From: the human T2T-CHM13v2.0 reference genome, Homo sapiens
Assembly: GCF_009914755.1 (NCBI RefSeq)
Contig: NC_060926.1
Direction: 5' to 3' (one strand)
Length of the DNA stretch: 64,000 nt
Numbering within the stretch: the first letter of the stretch is position 1; each line of letters opens with the position of its first letter. Below, piece by piece: positions 11,280 through 64,000 of the stretch. The notes under the pieces were generated by a model that saw only the letters and a program-made list of their open reading frames with translations, made no database searches and was not told the origin of the DNA. The position numbers were made by a program, and so were the translations under genes.

Positions 11280-13768
11280 TCCTTCTCTTTTTTTATCTTT
11301 ATTGGTAGAGTCTGTTTTGTCAGAAACTGGGAGTGCAACACCTTTTTTCTGTTTTCCATTTGCTTGAAATATTTTTCTCCATTCCTTTATTTTGAGCCTA
11401 TGTATGGCACTGCACGTGAGATGGGTTGCTTGAAGACGGCATACTCCAGTGGGTCTTGGTTCTTTACCCAGCTTGCCCCGTGTCTTTCAATGGGAGCATT
11501 TAGCCCATTTACATTTAAGGTTAGTAATGGTATGTGTGGATTTTATCCTGTCGTCATGCTGTCAGCTGGTTATTTTGCAGACTTACATATGTGCTTGCTT
11601 TTTAGCATCATTGGACTGTGTACTTCAGTGTGTTTTTGTAGTAGCAGGTGATGATCTTTTCTTTCCATATTTAGTGCTTCCTTCAGGAGCTCTCGTAAGG
11701 TAGATCTGGTGATACCAAATTCCCTCAGCACTTGCTTGTCTGAAAAGGATCTTATTTCTCCTTCACTTATGATGCTTAATTTTGCTGGACATGAAATTCT
11801 GGGCTGAAATTTCTTTTCTTTAATGGCAGTTGATGTGGGTTGGGGTGTGTGCTGCACTCCTGTGTGCTCTCAGGGCAAGTAAAGCAAAACCCACCCGTGT
11901 AAACACACACAGCAAAGTGATTTAGGAAGTTTCCAAATAAAGGGCTGCCGTATGGAGAGGCAATGTGCAGGCTGGTGCGTGGCTCTAGGGGCCACCTTGC
12001 TGCAGCTCTCCACTGATATGGTACAGTCCACTAGCACGGAAGCTATGGTGTGGGCATCTAAGAGTGCCCCGTAAGCAGGTGTGGCCAGGCTGGGGCCATG
12101 GGAGAGGCGAGCAGACTAAGGAGTGCTGAGATCAGACCAGCCCCATCTCAAGTGCAAGATTGCCCAGCCTCCAGAGATCAGGTCTCAGAGGAGAACTCTC
12201 TCAAAAGTGAACCCCCAGCACAGCACAGCCGCTCTACACAAACGTGGCTAGACTTCTTTTATTAAGCAAGTCTCCTTTTTTTAAAAAGGGAACTCTCGGA
12301 CCTGATCTCTGCTGGGCAATCTTGCATATAAGATGTGGCTGGTATGACCTCAGTATTCCTAAAGTGCTGGGATAAAGTGTCTCACAAGGGCAAGTGGACC
12401 CTAGAGAGACAGCCATCCCTGACCTCTGGGCTCCACATCACCTGACTTGCTGCTCCACCACTTTGCTTGTTTCCTGGGTGCTCCATCCCAGAGACATGTG
12501 AGTTAGCAATCACTTAGTGTAATCAGCCCAGGATGGAGGGTCTGTGCTGTGGGCCCAAGCCAGGGTTCCCTGTCTGGTGATGAGTAGTGGAGGGTGTGTG
12601 GTACCCGTGGGAGATGGACTGGCTTGTTCTTTGGGTCAACTGCAGCTTATTGGAGGTGTTGATAGGGCACTTAGGGTCTTTGCTCCCTTGCATCTTCTGA
12701 GGGCAGCAAGGGCAGTTCCACTGCAGAGGCAGTGGCAGAAAGGATTTCATTTGCTCCTGGAAGCTCTGTCCCAGGAACTGCAGAGTTGCTACTGGCTTGA
12801 TAGCTCCAGTGGTGGGCTGGCTAGAGACCCAGGCCAGGAGGATCTGCCCATCAAGTAGAGAGCCTGGCCACTTTTCTGTAGGGCTGCTGTGGTATGCTGG
12901 GGGTCCCCTCCAGTCCCTAATTGCCTTGTATTTTCCAGGGAAGATGATAGTCTGCCCCTTCCTCTGGAAGCTCTGTACCACTGAGGTACGAACCTGTTGC
13001 CAATCTGAACACACCTATAAGATGTGGCTGGAGGCAAGTTGAGAAGTCTTACCTAGTCAGGACGAACAAGAACAGGGACTTGCTTCAAAAAGAAAAGTCT
13101 GGCCACGTTTTTATAGAGCAGCTGTGCTGTGCTGGGGGTTCACTTCAGCCCCTGGTCCGCCTCAGACACTCTGAAGCCCTAAGGCTGAAATGCCTGGGTC
13201 GCCCCAACAGCAAAGATGACAATCTGGTCCTCCCCCTGGGAGCTCTGACTCAGGGAGGCCTGAGACCTCTGTCGGCCAGAGAACAGCAGTCAAGGTAGCC
13301 AGAGACCCTGGTTGAAAGACTTCACCCACTGACTAGAAATGTGGTCAGGGACTGACGTAAACAAGAGTCTGGCCACGTTTTGGTAGCGTGGCTGTGCTGT
13401 GCTGAGGTACCTCTTCCACCCCTTGTCAGCTTGGGCTCTCCAAAGCCCGCAGGCCAGAATGGCTAGTCACCGAAAGAGCAAAGGTGGGGGCCTGCCCCTC
13501 TCCGGGAGCTCTGTCCCAGGAACATTTCACATTTCCATTGGCCAAGGAATGCTGGTGGGGGTAGCTGGAGGCCCCAGTTGGGAGGTCCTGTCCAGTGAGA
13601 TGGAACAGGATCAGGGGCCTGCTTACAGAAGCAGTCTGGCCATGATTTGGTAAAGCAGCTATGCTGTGCTGTGGGATCTCTTCTGTCCCTCGTCGGTTTG
13701 TACTCTCCAAAGCCCGCAGGCTGGAATGACTAAGTTGCCTGAACGGGAAAGATGGCGGCCTGCCCCGT
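11280..13768 (-). mobile_element. Older primate L1 5' fragment: 5'UTR with tandem subrepeats, ORF1 C-terminus, ORF2 start
   Basis: ORF 11570..11857 KEKKFQPRISCPAKLSIISEGEIRSFSDKQVLREF is the L1 ORF1p C-terminus; endonuclease start lies below it; ctggccacgtttt...gctgtgctg subrepeats at ~12865, 13100, 13370, 13637. Confidence 0.8.
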
Positions 13769-13769
13769 C

Positions 13770-14128
13770 TTTTCTCTCAGAGTTTTATCTTGTTTCATGG
13801 AGCTTAATTTTTAGCCTGTTGATTTTACTGTCTACGTTAGACTTGTTGAGAAAGAATCTGTTCTCTTTTAGGTGAGATAAATGAGAATTCATTGTCTTCT
13901 GTAAATAAACCTGTTCATGTCTTGTTCTCTGGAAAGAAGTCTCTTTCAGTTATCTGACTTTGGTCACAATCATGTAGAGCAGCAGCCAGTCTACAATGAC
14001 GTAATTGAATTTCCATTTCCGGTGTTTCCTCATTGTGTCTTACATTGTCCAGTTCAGAACTGAGCATTTTATTCTCAGTTGTCAACATGCTAAGCTGTCC
14101 ACTGTACTGAAATACTGTGCTTCCTCAA
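13770..14128 (-). pseudogene. Stranded second half of an ANKRD26/ANKRD30/CCDC144-type coiled-coil exon
   Basis: Manual minus-strand translation [58 protein letters not shown] resembles the recalled family motif QYSGQL..LTAEN.ML.S.L...RLAAA.HD.DQS; it then degrades. Confidence 0.75.
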
Positions 14129-61101
<46,973 letters not shown>

Positions 61102-62350
61102 CTGCTTTTAACAGCCTGGGGAGGCCGGTAGTAGCGAGCAGATCACGTCTACCAACCAGTTTCACCAACTAGCAGGTAACTCCGGGTTTCCAATCTGTTT
61201 GAAGAGAAAAGTCAATCCCAGCCAAAACCTGCCAACCCCAGCAGGTAAGCCCAACCCACCCCACCCAGGGAAAACCCACACCCACCCGGGGAAAGCCCAC
61301 GCCCACCCGAGGAAGGGCCAACCCCCCCCCCCCCAAGAAAACACCCAGCCCACCCAAGGGAATGCCAAACCCAGCAGAGAAAAGGTCAAGCCTAGCAAGG
61401 GAACGCGAGAGAGGAAACGCCAATCCAAGGAGGAAACGTCAATCCAAGGAGGAACACCAGGCCAAGCGACCAACACCAAGCCAAGCAAAGAACGCAAAGC
61501 CAAGCCAAGCCGCTACAGGCCAGCCAAGCAGTTACCCGCGTGCAGCATGCGCGTGCAAGCCGTTACAGGCCAGCCAAGCCATTACGCGCGTGCGGCGTGC
61601 GCGTGCAAGCCGTTACAGGCCAGCCAAACCGCTATGCGCGTGTGGCGTGCGCGTGCAAGCCATTACAAGCCAGCCAAGCCGCTGCCGCGTGCGCGTGCGG
61701 CGTGCGCGTGCGGCGTGCGCGTGCGGCGTGCAGCGTGTGCATCTCAGGTGGCGTCAGTGCATGTGGCACAGACAGTGGCCAATGCGTGCAACCGCGTGTT
61801 TAAATCTTGGCGCCACGAATGTCACCGACAGCCTTATGTTCCTGGCAAACTTCATGGGAGTCAGCTGAGCTTTCAGGCCATTGAGAAGCCTCTGGTGAAA
61901 AAAAAGCCTCTTGAAGCAGGACTGGGGCTAAGCGGCTGGAACTTGAGGATGCTGACAGCCTCCTCTGAAGAAAGCCCCCGGGACACTCCTGGCGGTGCTG
62001 TTGTGCGTGGCAGCGTCTGCAGCTCGGAGCTGGGGCTGGAGGAGCTGGCTGCAAATGGCCTCAAAATCCCGGAGCACAAGATGCCCACTGAGCCCAGCGC
62101 CTGCCTGAGGTGCCTTTGACACCTGGTCCTCTTTGCTCTGCACCCAGAACACGAGGCCATCAGCGAGGGGGCATTTGGGGCCACAGGATCGCGGCCAGCT
62201 CCTGCCCCGGTGCCCCCTGCCCGGTGTCCAAGCCAGGGCCAACAGCTATAGGGCTTCTGGCCTGGGGGGCTCTGCTCCACTGGCATGCAATAGGGTCAAG
62301 GTGCAGACCGCTGTGTCCACGCCGGCAAGAGGGGGCTTGGAGGAGCAGTC
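61102..62350 (-). promoter_or_regulatory. CpG-rich 5'UTR/promoter region of the POTE gene, with GCGTGC-rich tandem repeats
   Basis: High CpG density directly upstream of the ATG; ~55-bp units caagccgttacaggccagccaagcc...gcgcgtgcggcgtgcgcgtg at 61490-61740; TSS not determinable. Confidence 0.65.
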
Positions 62351-62351
62351 A

Positions 62352-63990
<1,639 letters not shown>

Positions 63991-64000
63991 GTTTATTTTC

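Overview
Primate (human or great-ape) genomic DNA. It is dominated by one complete minus-strand POTE-actin gene of the POTEE/F/I/J group; the N-terminus most resembles POTEI as I recall it. I traced 15 coding exons by hand from 61101 to 14724. All phases join, giving 3228 nt = 1075 aa: three Cys-rich 37-aa repeats, ankyrin repeats, a duplicated spacer, a coiled coil and an in-frame full-length beta-actin retrocopy. The gene's history is readable in the sequence. (i) The ACTB retrocopy sits inside an ANKRD26-type coiled-coil exon whose stranded second half lies just past the poly(A) remnant. (ii) Exons 6-9 and 10-13 come from a ~14-kb tandem duplication whose junction is a U6-pseudogene/Alu chimera at ~35158. 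(iii) A ~670-bp deletion in one copy appears to have recruited a new splice acceptor. (iv) A NOP58 3' retrocopy is present in both copies. Downstream of the gene (1849-8860) is a ~7-kb GC-rich array of ~640-bp units. Each unit carries a long inverted repeat, and the array has internal inversions and higher-order duplications; it is the least explained structure in the window. The rest is ordinary L1, Alu, MaLR, ERV1, MER1, L2 and MIR sequence. Family and paralog names come from recall, not database searches.
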